A DNA stretch of 64,000 nt from Phoronis australis (GCA_002633005.1 NMRA01000051.1:124001-188000), one strand, 5' to 3'. Numbered from the stretch's first letter, positions 13,040 to 26,829 are shown. The notes: generated from the letters alone by a model not told the origin. Program-made: numbers and translations.

Positions 13040-13716
13040 TTAACAGAATACAAGTTTTCAGATAAATCATTGTGAAAATAATTTTAACTGTTTACCTAAC
13101 GATTACTTCGATTGTGTCCGGCGCCCAAACTCATCAGCAGTTTACATGAATTTAACCATTGAAGTTTGGTTAAATCAAGCTGTTATGCTTGAAAATACTT
13201 TTCTGCTAATTTTTAGACAACGAATAAGGGATTGTTATTTGCAATGATGGAGACAAAATGTTGAAAGTAATCTTAAACTGCCTTTTTGTAACCAATTTAA
13301 AAAAGAATTCCATTTGGAAAAAATTAAGTACACAAATTATGTCCATAGCACGTTTTTGTTGCTCTAGCCACAGTCTCGTGATTGAAGTAGGCAGGCACTT
13401 AAATTTAGATGAGTTAAACACAGTGGGTCCCTTCTGCCCCAATGTTGATGAAGACGAGTACCATTTCTTTCTGATGGACTCCATGGGCGGCGCATTGTAC
13501 GGGGCTGGGGGAGGGGGGNGGGGGGGGGGGGGGGGGGGGGGGGGCTATAGCCCCCACTTATTTCAGTGCTGCGCCAGCCATAGATTCTCGACTCCGTGAT
13601 AGCTTGCTGCAGTATTTACTTACTTAAAAGTTTGTTACATCAGTGTTGTTATTTTGTACAGTGAGCCTATGACTTTTATTACAAAAATAAATTGATTAAT
13701 AAATTGATTGAATTGA
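13040..13716 (+). mobile_element. 3' fragment of a non-LTR retrotransposon (RTEX/CR1-like ORF2 C-terminus)
   Basis: ARFCCSSHSLVIEVGRH...PFCPNVDEDEYHFF resembles the LINE C-terminal CCHC region; AATAAA(TTGA)n-type tail at ~13687-13716; interrupted by a MITE. Confidence 0.7.
13482..13582. mobile_element. CATGGGCGGCGC-family MITE
   Basis: gactc|CATGGGCGGCGCA...TGCGCCAGCCATA|gattc; same family as 39376-39520 and 41497-41644. Confidence 0.7.
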
Positions 13717-15396
13717 AACTGATGGATGGATTTTATTTATTAACAATTATAAAACACATTTTTATTGTGTTTCTGTACTTCTTATGTATACTTCATTTTC
13801 AAACAGTTATAAATTATTGAAAATAACAGTTACTTGGAACGTCAAATATTTGTGAGATTGAACTCTACGTGCGTTTATATTCATAACCATTTTTGGTCCA
13901 TGTGCATTAGTGTAGACCACTGAGTGTATTTTAGTAGTTTACCACAATATATCGTAGACCACTGGCTGCATTCTTTTGAATAGCCTGTCCGATGTACATC
14001 ATAGAATGTACCATGTATTCACGAGTGTGGTCACTATATAAATATAGAAATTACCAATGATGGGTCTCGTTAAGGTGGCCAGTGCTATCAATATATAGGA
14101 TTTACCAAATCTATGACATGTACTATGAATTGTTGATAGTGGGATTGTATGGGTAATACCATAGAAAAATCCAACCTAAATTCGTAATTTGCCTTTCCCG
14201 CGCTCTTAGCTAATTTCCATTTCCACCGACAGCTTTGGTTTTCCAAACAGGTTTCATTTTTACAAGTTAGGATTGATTTTCCAAACAAGATTGATTTTTG
14301 CGAATTAGGTCTGATTATTGTATTCGTTATATTTTGCCCTTTCCGGGACCCATACACAAACTATATCCACATTTACACTTCCTCCATTAGTCATGCCGGT
14401 TTGTTTGTATAAAACGCTACTTTTTGACGATTCGACCAGCCAATCAGAAGCGCCGGTGTAAAATTTTTTTCGGAAAAAAATTAAATAACACCTTAGGTGA
14501 CACTGAAAAGTTAGGCTGCGGCCGCGGCCAATTTGCACTCCTAAAATATTAAAATGTTGGGGTAAGCCAAGTTTGGGGGCATTTTTTCAGTAGGCACTGC
14601 ATGTAGGCTCAGCGAATGTGGTTCGTTTGTGTTTGTGAACATGCTGAAAATGAAAAAAGGCCACTTTCTCGGCTGTAGCTGCACTCTTCTTCAAGATAGT
14701 GGCCCCCTGTTGCATTTGTGCATTGCTGTGTAGCAACTGAAAAATTGGCCGCCATTTCAGGTAGCCCTCAAACAAGCCAAATTTTCAAAAAAATAGTAGG
14801 TACTTTTGGACCACATTTTTGGAATCGGTAGAAAAATTGCTGTAGGAATCTAATGGTAGCTTTAGTCGAGCATTGGCAGGGAAGTGGTGGTTTTGGGGTG
14901 GAAAGTGCCGATTTTGCATTTTTTTTGCCCTTATTTTTCTTAGTCTGACTTGCTTTCCACTGGGAGTGAAAGGGTCAAAAATACAAGAGAGAATAAAGTT
15001 TCTGTGCTCATCTGTAGGGCTTGTGATGTGAAATGACTGAAACCTTTTCTTTACTTGCATGCAGTTTTTGACAGAGTGAAGAAAGGGCGAAGAGTCCATT
15101 GACGTGTGTTCTGACAGACAAACCCCTGTGATAACTGTTCAGTGCCTCCCGACCCTCTTTCACAGTGCCAAGAAAGGTAGCACTGTCGTATGTTGTTTAA
15201 CATGGCTCCTTATTGGTTAAAGTTATGAAACCGATATCATGATATTTAGTCATTTCCATTGGTTGAAATTTGCGTAGTTTGGCGTCCACCTTTGACTTGA
15301 TTAGGTGCAATTTATTAATACGGGTAGTGATCGAAGTGAACAAAATCAATGGAACTCTGATCCAATGGCTTAAGCCCAAACATGTACTGTGCTTAA

Positions 15397-15560
15397 AGGA
15401 GAATGCCACTTGATTTAATTAGTCTTTTTGACCATCTTAATCGGTCAACGCAGCGACGTCAGTGGTTCTTCCGCAGAGCGAGTGCCACTATGGTGTGGTG
15501 TATCGTTCCCGCTTGTGCGAACTGTGAAGCTGAGAGGAAAGCGGGTATATCGTTTCTACC
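15397..15560 (+). mobile_element. Truncated Kolobok-like end with THAP-domain start
   Basis: ttaa|AGGAGAATGCCAC terminus, nearly identical to the 20044 end of the Kolobok element, followed by MVWCIVPACANC..KAGISF. Confidence 0.7.
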
Positions 15561-16389
15561 ACCCGTTTGTGAGGTAAAGAGCAATTTGCGCTAGAACATC
15601 TTGCTCTCGTCACTTATGTGTTTAGAACGCGTAAATGGGGCAAGGCGGAAAGAAGCATCTCTACTGCGCTTGTGTAATGACCTCAATACGGGTTCTTTGT
15701 CTCTTCAACTCCCGTGATTTGTACACGTGAGCATTTGTGACACACTCTCCAGCCTACAACTTCCGTCTTGCCACAGTTAGTGAATTGTGTGTGTAAACGG
15801 GCGCTTGACACCGATCAGTTTGTTCCGTGTCAGTTGCGCCGGGCCAAAAGTTGATGTCTAAACGGGACTTAATATCCGGGTATGCGCAATTGTTATACCG
15901 ACTCGTCTGTATAATCCCGCTAACTCTAGCCGAATTTCATGCTTTCCGTAGTATTTAGACCGGGATCCCACACATTTTGGGCATGAGAAAGTAACCAATT
16001 TTCTTTGGTGCCACAGTGCTCTCTGGGTATCCTCATGCTTGGAAATGGCCGTCTGGCAGGTTCACTCGTTTGGGTCTCGTCAGGGGAGCCAAGAGAATGA
16101 CAATCAAAAATTGAGCTAGATCAATTTTTCTGGTAACCACTTAAAACTGTCTACAATACGTAAAACGTAATCCACTGTATCAAAATAAGTCACTGCCAGA
16201 CAATTTCAGTGGTGGGGAGTATCAGCCAGGCGGTTATAAGCAGCTAGGTAAAAAAATGAGCTAGATCAATCGAAGAGGTAACCGCCTTAAACCAGTTGCA
16301 AAATATTCACCGTGAGCCGAACCAACTCTAATGATGGTTGTTCATTCCCATGGTTACTGCTATTGACTTCTCCACTGCGAACTGAACAA

Positions 16390-19300
16390 TACGTCAGGGA
16401 GAATAGACCCCTCAAACCAAATTGGGAATAGTGTGTGAGTTTCATTTGTATGCCAACCATAATCATTTGGTGTCAGTCCATCCCCAGGACTTGCCGCTAC
16501 GGCACGGATCAATAGTGCTGTGACGTACTAACTTAGTTCCGCGAATCTTCATCTGCAGGCTACGAAGACAAGTGGGAGCAACGCGCAGTCAATTCGTTTT
16601 ACATTTGCAAGCGGGTTCTTCTGAAAGAAAATTAAAAAATATAAGCATAAGTGACTTTGATAGTAGCTATACATTATCAGATCGAATAATTATATTGTTT
16701 ACGGGTTATCACTTTTTACCTCAACAACTTTGCCAGTCATGTCCATAAGTTTGACAAACCGGCCCTCGTTAACTTCTTTGACCTTGCGTACATGTGATAC
16801 ACGAATTTAGTGACAAACCGACATCGATGCTGTCACGCACATCTACAAAAGTGATGAACATATTGGTGAGCTTTTCATCACTTTCAGCAATGTCCAAGGG
16901 CTTAACTTTGCCTTTCCCAAAAATGAGGAATGACGTATAAGACTAATTCATAATAGAAACATTTTTAATTTAAAGGAGGCAATCATTTACATGGCAGACG
17001 TAATCACAGCTAATTGAATACTCGTCAATACTGTAATTACCAAAATTTCGATAACATACCTGTAAAAGACAGATGTGTAGTCACATCCAGTGAAGGCATG
17101 GTATTCAGGCATTGCTCTGGCAAGTCCGTATTTTCGCTCTTCAAGAACATTTGGAAATGTACGTTGATCAATCTCCTGCTGCTTCCCATCCCACAGTCCA
17201 TGACAACGTTGGTCGTGGATAGTATTTCTCGCAGTTGCTGTCCTAGTGTCATTCCAGATTACTAAAAAAAAAACCGTATCTGAAGCCCTCATTACCACAT
17301 AGCCGAAAGGGATGTTTGCGACGTGGAACGCAATTAACGTGTCCGATTCCTCGTGGTCGCCTTGGAGGTTTTGTCTCCATGATGTGCTGGTCATCGTCGG
17401 GAAACAACTGGTAGCAGTCGGCAAACAAGGTTTTCCCACCAATTTATATACCAGTTCATTCTTGAACGCGGTGTTACTAAGAAGTGCTTGTGAGCTCTGT
17501 CGCATAGTTTGATCAGGCCTTGTTGGCATACATGGAATTAGTTCGCCGCGTTGTTTCCGTTTACGGTTCATAATTGAGTTTTCAACATACTTGTCTTCGT
17601 ACAGACCACTGACCACATCGATCGTGCAACTGATCCTAAGTTGCGCCTATTCCCGTCTATGAGATGACTGAATGTAGAAGAAATCCGCCATCAAAAACCT
17701 TCACGTAGCCCTGCAGAAAGTCTTCATCTGTTATAGGTTCTGTCTGGAACAATTCAAGTTTTTTCAACAAAGCAGACTTTTCGGATTTGACGAGTGAGCA
17801 AGTGATAACGGATGAGGTGTGACTGGATGTGAGCGAAGTTTTCGGAGGTCGAAGTCGGTCCTCTCTACTACAACTGCGATTATGTGTATGAACAAATCTC
17901 TGAGACTCTCTGCGGTTGTCTTGTTTCTCTGTGAGACCGATGACTTGGTTTTCTTCTTCACGCTATCAGCAGCGAAATTTTGGACAGCTGTACGTTTCGC
18001 TGGTCGCAGAAACCTACTGCTGTTGTTTTCCCATTCGTGTTGGAATTTCTCTCTCGCATCATGGCCTCGGATCAGTGCATTGATCAGATAGTCTTCCGTT
18101 GCTTGGGATGCTGCTAAGCCAGTTGCGATGTTAACCAGACCAGTTGGAACATCGTCCGCAAACGAATTGCAGAAATTGTCGATTTTCACACTGAGTGATG
18201 CCATTTGATAGTTACCTTTTTGATTATTGAAGGATTGCATTCTACCCGATTTCAAGTCTTGCCATTGTTTTAAAGGAGCATTCCACCCAAAAAAACAACC
18301 TATTTTGTATCAATTTAGATCCAGTAGTTCTACTCGATAACGGCACATTTGGTTGCGTTACCTGACACCTTACGGCAGACGGAGGTGTTGAAATTATCCA
18401 ATGACGTCATCGGTTTCACACGCCGTCTGTTCAGCAGTTCACAACACGGGTTACTGGTGTCAGCTTATCGCTTTAATTCATCGTTTAACACCAATAAATT
18501 ATCAAACCTCGATGTAAAACCCTTAAAAATACACCGAGTTCCTACATAAACGTGCTGTAACGGATTGGTATTTGGACACACCGTAGCTTACAAAGCTCAG
18601 CAGGTCAATTTACCAAGGTCGTAGCAGGAGTTTGGGGTCTGTTCGGAGATAAATTCGAAATATTCTTCCGTGAAATACAGACAGGAGAACATAGATTTGT
18701 GTTGTTTAGACTTGTGATTTTTGAGTTCTAAACACACAGAACGCTTGTTATCCCGGCCAGTGGCTCGAAATCCGATCAGGCCCGTCGCGACTAGACTGAC
18801 TCGTTATCCCGGCCAGTGGTTCGGAACCGGTCAGACCCGTCGCGGCCGCCGGGACTGGCACGAACATAAACCAGCTTGAGTTGGAAACTAAACCTATCCA
18901 GTCACGAAAAGACTATAATAGCAAGCCAAAGAAATAATGTGCACGTAATTATTTATGTGAATTAGCCACGAAACTGAAAATCTACTCACTTGTCGGGGGC
19001 CGCGAAGTCAGGTTCCCCTTCCACAGACCGTCAGGGCAAAGGCTGTGCAGTAACGATGATTTGAAGTCAGTAGCATTGCGCTCATACGGCCTCGGTGCCC
19101 GGTCAATTGACCTATCACCAGGATTTTGAGTGACGGCTTAACTGACCATTTAGAAAGCAGCATTACTGACGCACCTTCGTTTCCAAGCCGCCATTTTAAC
19201 TGACAGAAACACGTTGCCGGGTAAGACTTATTGTTTGTTAGTCGCAAGGGGGCGGAGCTTGCAATAGGTCAATTTACCTTTATTGCCGGCATCAAAAGCC

Positions 19301-20450
19301 GGTAACGCAGTAGTTTATTCATTGCCGGCTTCTCAACATTTGCACTCACGAATACTGCAAAGTCATAACAATTTGTATCTCAATGAGACAGACTTTGTTT
19401 CAGTTCTATATAAGTATTGGTTAGGATGAGAATAATTCATTTTGAAACAGAACGCAGAAAATAAACGTCTGCATGGCAACTCGCCCGGCGCCAATCCCGA
19501 CTTAGCCAAGAGCTCATCAGACAAAGACTTCACAGGTCGGATCATTAGATTTCAAGGCTATCAGTTCGAACCGGAATACACTGACCAAGAAATACTAGAG
19601 AGGCGCCGTGAACATGCACAGGCAACGGAAAGTATGGGTAATTCTTTGGTAAGCCGGAATTCGTCAGGGAAATCACTGTTGACGAAATGCCGGCCACAGA
19701 CACGGAGATATTTCACGGCCTCATATTTGCTATTAACAGCGTATCTTTCATTCTTCACTACCGCGAGCCACTTCCTAAGCATTTCGGGCTCTCGAGGAAG
19801 TCGAAAAAACGATATACCTGCTTTCTTCGTAGCTTCGTAGTTCGGACAAGCGGGAACGATACACCGCAATATAGCGGCATTCACTCTGCAGACGAACCAC
19901 TGACGTCGCTGCGTCGTTTCTCACCTTCCTCACGGGTTAACACGACACCTCTCGGCAAGGTGAGGTCAACCGTATAAGAGGCGATGTGGATATAGACCGA
20001 TTAAGACGGTAAAAAAGACTAATTAAATCGGGTGGCATTCTCCTTTAAGTTCAGTTACAGCCATTGCCCTTCGTGTCATAGAGAGGTGAAAATCGACGCA
20101 TTGCATTCTCAGAGTTGCGGAAAGCCACTATCCCTATCATGCTTGATGCTGCATCCCGGTTAACGCCGGACTGTTCCAAAGAGAGGTCAACAGCCGAACT
20201 ACTGAAGTTCTTCCTCGTACGTCGCACTGAGTACGCGCCGTTTAACAGCACTTCAAGTAATATTGGGTCTGTGAATGTCAACTTTTGGTAAAGCAATGTT
20301 CTCCTGTTAGCGTAGATTGGGCGGTTCAGCCAGGGCAAAAGAATACATCTAGGAATGTCGGGGAAAATGTTGATATAGCCACTGACGTCATTGGTCTTGA
20401 CGCATCTCTGGAGTTCTCTGTGGGTGTAGTTTATGAGAAAGATGTAGATT
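16390..20450 (-). pseudogene. Academ transposase/XPG-like nuclease pseudogene (frameshifts, stops, intron remnants)
   Basis: ORF pieces 20051-20420, 17764-18255 and 16987-17616, plus a terminal ...TPNDYGW...PIWFEG segment; split by a Kolobok insertion at TTAA. Confidence 0.8.
18274..20044 (-). mobile_element. Internally deleted Kolobok element (THAP-transposase N-terminus on -, KolX-like N-terminus on +)
   Basis: ttaa|AGGAGCATTCCACCC...GGGTGGCATTCTCCT|ttaa. ORF 19561-19884(-) has THAP C2CH: CIVPAC...FFRLP...RKWL...RVCGRHF. Convergent ORF 19442(+) has YQFEPEYT. Confidence 0.8.
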
Positions 20451-21380
20451 GTCCAAAACCGAGCAGTTTTGCTAAATTCTTCATTAATCACTGTGCAAAA
20501 TGAAAGTAGCTTGCACGCATACATAACGCAGACGGTAGCAAAAGACGCTATTTCGCGATTATTCCTCGTTTTAGCAGTTGCATCAAACGAAGAAGTGGAT
20601 TTGGGTAAAATTCGTCCGAAAACAGAGGGAAATGGTTTAGACTGGTAAAATAGGACTACGAAAAAGCGAGATTCGTGCAAACACAATGTGCCATCCGGAC
20701 TTTTAGGTTTTGTTTTCAATAGTGAATAATGTGGAGTATTCCGCTGTTGTCGCATAGACTTGTGAAGTCTCTGCAACCTCAGGCGCGGTGTTTCTGTTTT
20801 CTTGCCCTGACGTAAACATGCGGACAAAAATCTGTCACATTGTGTAGCGCCTATGTCGTACGGACTCACTGGCTTTATTGCAAATGGAAGTACCTGGTCC
20901 CTCAATGTTGTGCTTATTGAGCGTGAACAGGCGTATTATGAATTTTTTTCCGACTCTCTATGATTTGTCTGACGGGGAAATCCACCGCTGATATTGTCTG
21001 GCATCTTACTGTTGTGCCATGTCCAGTGATGGTGAACATCGTTCAATTGGTTTCAAACGGTTATCTGGTGGGTTGATGTAGCTCAACTTGGGTATTAGGG
21101 CGGGGTTAACCCACCACTAGATTTGTCTGACACTGTTTATTATTGGTACCTAGGCTTATGGTGAATATTTTGCAACTGGTTTCATGCGCTTACCTATTGG
21201 GTTGATGTTGCTCAACTCAGATATTTGGTCGTGTCTGGCAGGGCTAACCCACCACAATATTTGTCTGGCAGTGTTTATTCATGATACATGGCAGGCCCGT
21301 AACCGGGGGGGGGGGGTTCTGGGGGTTCGATGGAACCCCCCCGCGGAAAAGGTCCAGCCCCAAGCTATCCGTATGGATGG

Positions 21381-21381
<1 letters not shown>

Positions 21382-21456
<75 letters not shown>
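21382..21456 (+). repeat. (CAA)25 microsatellite
   Basis: Direct reading; the homologous copy at ~32190 has only about 4 imperfect units. Confidence 0.95.
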
Positions 21457-21670
21457 AATTGTTGCAGCTACTGGTAGTACTACCTATAATTATAACTAAA
21501 TTAGACGAATTTGCTTCTGATTCAAAGCTCTTCGCTTAATCATCGGGCAGTACCCGGCCCCAGGACCCAACTTTCCCGAGTGGTGTTTGCGCAGATGACA
21601 GGATCGCGTAGACGATTACAGGAGGCTTTATGTCATTAAACGTACGTGGTTGCTACACCATTATCGTCGA

Positions 21671-22022
21671 TATCGTTGGCCAAATGAATGAACGTTACGC
21701 CGTTAAATTACGTACGTAAGTTAATTGTTATTAGAAGCGTAAAGTAATTATTTACGGCGTCAAGTGATTATTTGCAGCGTAAAGTAATTATTTATGACGT
21801 AAAGTAATTATTACATTACTACGTAAAGTAAGTATTTGCGGCGCTCAAAGTCATTTTACGCCGCAAATAATTACTTTACGCCGCAAATAATTACTTTACG
21901 CCGCAAATAATTACTTTACGCCGCAAATAATTTATTTATGACGCACTTAATTACGCCGGTAACAAGAATTATCTTACCCACGTAATTTAACAGCGTAACG
22001 TTCACCCATTTGGGCAATGATA
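21671..22022. mobile_element. Foldback MITE built of 20-bp repeats
   Basis: ~50-bp outer TIRs (TATCGTTGGCCAAATGAATGAACGTTACG../..CGTAACGTTCACCCATTTGGGCAATGATA). Inner arrays GCGTAAAGTAATTATTT face TTACTTTACGCCGCAAATAA. Confidence 0.85.
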
Positions 22023-23029
22023 CGTCATAGGGTAACAAGGAGTGTAGAAGTAAATTTCTTTAACTAACTAAGCGAAATAGCTCTCAAAAAGTAGTGTGGT
22101 GTGAATGTCTTAAAATCGACCAAGAAACAAAACAGCAGAAAATATGATTGTTTTCTTCTATTTTGGTGTACTGGCTAGCATAGTGGGGTGAGGCGCATGA
22201 TTTTCAAATTTCTAATTGAAGGTGATCGTCAAATGATTGTTGTTCATCCAGTGTCCACTTTCATTGTGGATTGGTCAGTGGATTGACATCAAGTGCATGC
22301 GCGTGTACACATGTGTGCGTTTTCATTCTTTTAAATCCAGTACACGTCGACGGTAAGTTCACCATAGGCAGCCTTCTGTCGTTGCTCAAACAAAAACCAG
22401 ACAATTAACTACTGTTCTTGCACTGAGGAAACGAGCATGTTCACAGTATCAAGGAAAAGCAGGTCTAGACCTAATGAAACTTTGGTCAATGAAGAACGAA
22501 GTGTTCCTTTGTCCATCAGTGACAATGGTGCACAGCCTCGCAGACTTCATAAGAGCAACAAACTTAATGCAAAAGATTTCCAAGGTTACGTGTCACTATT
22601 CCGAAGGTTCACTTCTCGGAAAGTCCACTACTCTAAGGTTTCACTACTTCGACAATTCATTACTCTGATTGCCTGCTAATGAGTCGGAACTGACATGAGT
22701 TAAATATTGTTTTTGTGTCCATTTAGTAACCATTTATAAGGTATGCAAGAGTTAAATAGTTCTTAAAACATTGATGTCATTGTTTACAAATGAGCTTAGT
22801 TCCAGTCACTGCTAAGCGTTACTTCTTGAACCTAACTAACGACTCATTCTCAAGCTGGGACAACATCTGGGGCACGGGTCAGGGCTGCGGCGACCTGAAG
22901 ACTGAATGGGACTCTCTGACTTTGTGAAGACTTGCAGGGACAGGGTAGCCTTCTAATTATGTTTAGTTTCGACCAGTTCCGTAGGGTGATGTAATAATTC
23001 ATCAATATCCCTACTTCGTATTCTTTTAA

Positions 23030-23754
23030 AAGGATAGTAAACCCTGTTTAGATGATTTCCACCAATCCTCGCTCTGTCACCTGCTAATGCATCACTGGCG
23101 TCAATCTTCCAAGTTAAAAGTATACCAAACCCGGTTTTATCCCATTAACAGATACTAAAAACGACTTTCCTATCCAGTTCTCTGAAACTCAATAATGATC
23201 TGAACGGCTCGACAACCCTCTAAAGTTTTGACGAAAATCAGAAAACCCCTTACAAATTCTGCTCAAGGGGCAAGCGTGATCTACGCTTTTAGCGGGTTTC
23301 GCGGCATCTGTGGGAAAAGAACACCCACCAAGGACCATAATGTCCAATTCGTGAGATAGTGGGTATGAATACTTAGTTGATTCCTGCTTTATCTTTCAAG
23401 ATTGACGCCAATGATGCAACAGCAAGTGAGAGAACGAGGATTGCTTAAAATCAACAAAACAGGGTTTAGAATCCTTTTTAAGGAAGGACTCACGTGAAAA
23501 TTCGTACACCCCTTGTCAATGTTTGGACAATATAGTCCTTGGTGGGTGAACCTTTCCCCACAGTTGCCGTGTAATTCGCAAAAAGCGTATGTTGCGCTTG
23601 CTCGTTTAGCAAACTTTGAAAGGAGTGTTCAAAATTTTCAACAAACTTTTGAGGGTTGTCAATGGTTACAGCCGTATTATTTTGTTTCAGAGAACTGGAT
23701 GGGAAAGACGTTTTTAGTTTCTGTCAATAGGCCAAACCCGGATTTGGTATCCTT
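23030..23754. mobile_element. TTAA MITE containing an inverted copy of its own family (23118-23477)
   Basis: TTAA at 23026, 23114, 23478 and 23755 with AAGGATAGTAAACCC / AAGTATACCAAACCC-type ends. The reconstituted outer copy aligns collinearly with the reverse complement of the inner copy. Confidence 0.8.
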
Positions 23755-24657
23755 TTAAAAGTGCAAGAACGTACTTCGTTTTCCGTATTCGTAATACATG
23801 CAGGCAATTTCGTATGCGCATAAAATCAATAGTACGCGGACGCTGTTCTTGGTATAGGTACACCACCCAGCGCATCTAATAACCGAAGTATCGTTTACTT
23901 TGCATGCAAAAGTATAAAAATTAAACCTGCATGGGTTCGAAAATTTAGATATTTTCGGAGTAGTGAACATTCAGAATAGTGTGCTGTGCCCATTTCCAGC
24001 GATGTAAGTAACACGCAAAAATACAACCAGATACAAATTTCTTCAAGTCAGACTAAAAAATTCCGTCTGAATATGTATTTAAGCACGCCTGATTTGAAAG
24101 TTTGGCAGGTCGACTTTGGCAAAATATCAAAAGCCCACTGTCCCAAAAATTCGAATCACCCCCTGCCCAATGCTGGCTACGGGCCTGCCTGGGCTCACGG
24201 TGAATATTTTGAGATTGGTTTCATACGGTTACCTCTTCGATAGATCTAGCTCATTTTTTATGCTGGAACCGTCTGGCTGATACTCCCCGACACCGAAATT
24301 GACTGGTCGCTAGTGACCAATTTTGATACATTGGATTACGTAGTAGGTATTGTAGGCAGTTTTAGTGGTTACCAGAAAAATTGACCTAGTTCAGTTTTTG
24401 AGTGTCATTTTCTTTTCTCCCCTGACCACACCCACCAGGGCCAATCTCCGTACTCAGACTCATACTCACACTCGAGATTTCATATTCAAAATCGTGTTCA
24501 CTGGAGTCGCACTCAAAAAAGCGTATTTAATGTCGCATTTCGAGTAGACTCCAAACGTACTCAAATCTGAGAATCGTACTCGAGTTGCCATGGAACTCTT
24601 TATGATGTGAAATGCAAAACCACGTGCTGATTCAGCGCTCCCTACTAGAGCAGTCGG

Positions 24658-25363
24658 CAGAATGGAGACTCTTGACCAAGCACCTTGACCTACATTCTAC
24701 AGCTGCTGATGTCACACGTGGGATGGCGCGTGCTTTGCCACAAGTCACGAGAGTTCATCAACCAGGATCCGAAGACGAAGTGTATTTCTCTGATGGGTGG
24801 CGAATTTGAGTGGAAAAGAATTTTTGTGCCCGTCGTTGAATCAACTCTTTGTTTTAAAACCCCTTTTGTTATAATTATTATTAACATACAATAATTACGC
24901 AATTGCGTATGCGCACTTATAACTCAGCGCGTGGCGTAAGGAAAAGTTATGTATAAATGGGGGTATTTCATTGCTCAAAAGTTATGTCATTGGTGCGAAA
25001 GCGAAAGTTGTAGCCTACATTAATGTTGCAAACCTTTGAAGAGCATGTGCCTCCTGACTTGCCACCACACCACTGAACTTTTAAACACCCTAGCGCTATA
25101 AATCCATGTTCCGTCGCATATTTTAATTAGGTTGAAATCCAACCACCCATATTTTTAATTATGCTTAGTGATTATACATGTGATGTACATGTTACGGGTT
25201 TTATTCTCTTTAGATATTTTCGGTCTTAAGTATTTCGTGGTTAACCAACAACGCTTATGGTTCACCTAAGAGTGAAGCACTGAGCTCATCATGTTCAACG
25301 GCGGTGTAACGTCAGCAGCTGTAGAATGTAGGTCAAGGTGCTTGGTCAAGATTCTCCATTCTA
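24658..25363. mobile_element. MITE with ~55-bp TIRs (YAG termini)
   Basis: cgg|CAGAATGGAGACTCTTGACCAAGCACCTTGACCTACATTCTACAGCTGCTGA pairs with TCAGCAGCTGTAGAATGTAGGTCAAGGTGCTTGGTCAAGATTCTCCATTCTA|cag. Confidence 0.85.
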
Positions 25364-26829
25364 CAGTAGCCAAACGTAGAATGCTGAATGTTCTGTAACT
25401 GTTATTCATTTTTCAGTTTCAACACAATTATTCTTAAACCATTTCTTGATACATTTGCCAATTGTTAAGCTTTACTTCTTGAGTTCCTTCCGAAAATGTC
25501 TTAAGAAATTTGTAACAGCTTATCACATCAAAGAAAGTCACGGCCGGAGCGGAGCCGCCACAACTTCCGAGTGTCTGATTTGGCCAGGGGGCAAAATGAG
25601 TTCATTCTCCCCTATATACACTTGACACATTTACTCCTAAAGTTGGCATGGTCACACCAACTATTGACGGCATATTGAAAATTTCTTTCTCAGTAATGCA
25701 GTGGTGGACCGGTGACCCCGGGCACAGGGGGTCAGGTACCCGATATCCGTCACAGGTCAGCCCGAAACGCCAGTCAGCATTTTTGGGCCTCAGTTGGTTG
25801 CTTGCTGGTCAACCCCTGTTCTCTCTTGCTAATTTAGTCTGACCTCAGATATATAAAATTGTTTAGTCTGAGGTCTGACATAGCTGACATTGCTGTGTAG
25901 GCCTGCGCTGATGTCAGAACTTTGATATTGATCTTTGCATTTTACCGGGATGTATGAAGTTAGTTGACATTTGACGCGTGAGTTCGAAAAAACGCTACAT
26001 GTGCAAGCATTCAGAGTTCACTGATGAGACGTCTACTTAGAAATCGGCAAAGTCTGGAATACCAATCGGGGATTGAGGAATTATCGATGATTAAAACTAT
26101 AATGTCAAATGTAGGCTACCTGACAGGAAGCAAACTGTCGTTTAACTTCTCAGATAGCATCACTACGTTGGGCCGACGTCGGTAGGTCTCGGTCGGTTTT
26201 CAGACGTTGGTCCGTACGAGATACTGCCTTTAAACGCCTATTTTGCACTTCCAAAATGAAGTAAATTCGAAGCTCGCGATATTATTTTTTGAGTCACAGT
26301 ATATAAGTAAACCTATTTGTCCTTCTTTTAGTATTGTTCTGTCTTGACGTCGGGACCTACGTTGGCTCAGCGTCGGGCACGTTTGACGTTGGGCCGACGC
26401 GGGTGCGACGCGATGCCAGCAATCAGTGTGGTGCGGAGTCCGACGTCGGCACCCGTTTTGTCGTTCAGCAACTTTTCCAGAGGTGATTGGTTCTGAACGT
26501 GCGATAACACCTGGCTCCGTTGTTAACTGCCCAGCACAGTCTTTTCCCCCGTATGACTGTGACAACGAGCAGGCCAATCATTTCCCAGGCTTCAATTGAA
26601 GGGTTAGACCTGGCAGAATGGATTGTCTTAACTTAATTCTGTAGTAGTTGGGCGATTTTGGTGATTCAAAAACTAAACTTATCAGCATTTGACAAGGAAT
26701 TCAGAAATGCTATTGGTTTATTTTCAAATATGTTATAACTTAACTTTCATTTTTAGCAGCACAGCCCAGCCCAGTAGTCAGGCTAATTTCCTCGCCTCCT
26801 CGTCTTTGAGAAACCGTACAAACCGTTGC

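Larger units (their letters stand above)
21292..24187 (+). mobile_element. 2.9-kb non-autonomous element with CAGG..CCTG termini and ~5-bp TSD (hAT5-like)
   Basis: catgg|CAGGCCCGTAACC...GGCTACGGGCCTG|cctgg. Removing it restores a subterminal repeat unit of the Academ TIR (compare 21145-21200). A possible decayed hAT dimerization-domain relic lies at ~22400-22560. Confidence 0.7.

Noticed and set aside
15397-20044. One 4.6-kb Kolobok bounded by near-identical TIRs
   Set aside because: Both ends are the same THAP-side end; 20044 pairs with 18274, as shown by restoration of the Academ frame.
20051-20905. 284-aa ORF as an intact gene
   Set aside because: It is chimeric: only the C-terminal part resembles Academ transposase, with frameshifts, and the N-terminal half is not kept open in the copy at 31481.
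21184-21539. Poly-Q/N/T/L ORFs
   Set aside because: These are all readings of a (CAA)25 microsatellite inside a transposon.
21730-21945. 20-bp repeat array as a possible CRISPR
   Set aside because: No unique spacers, the repeats form two inverted arrays within a MITE, and the context is eukaryotic with no cas genes.
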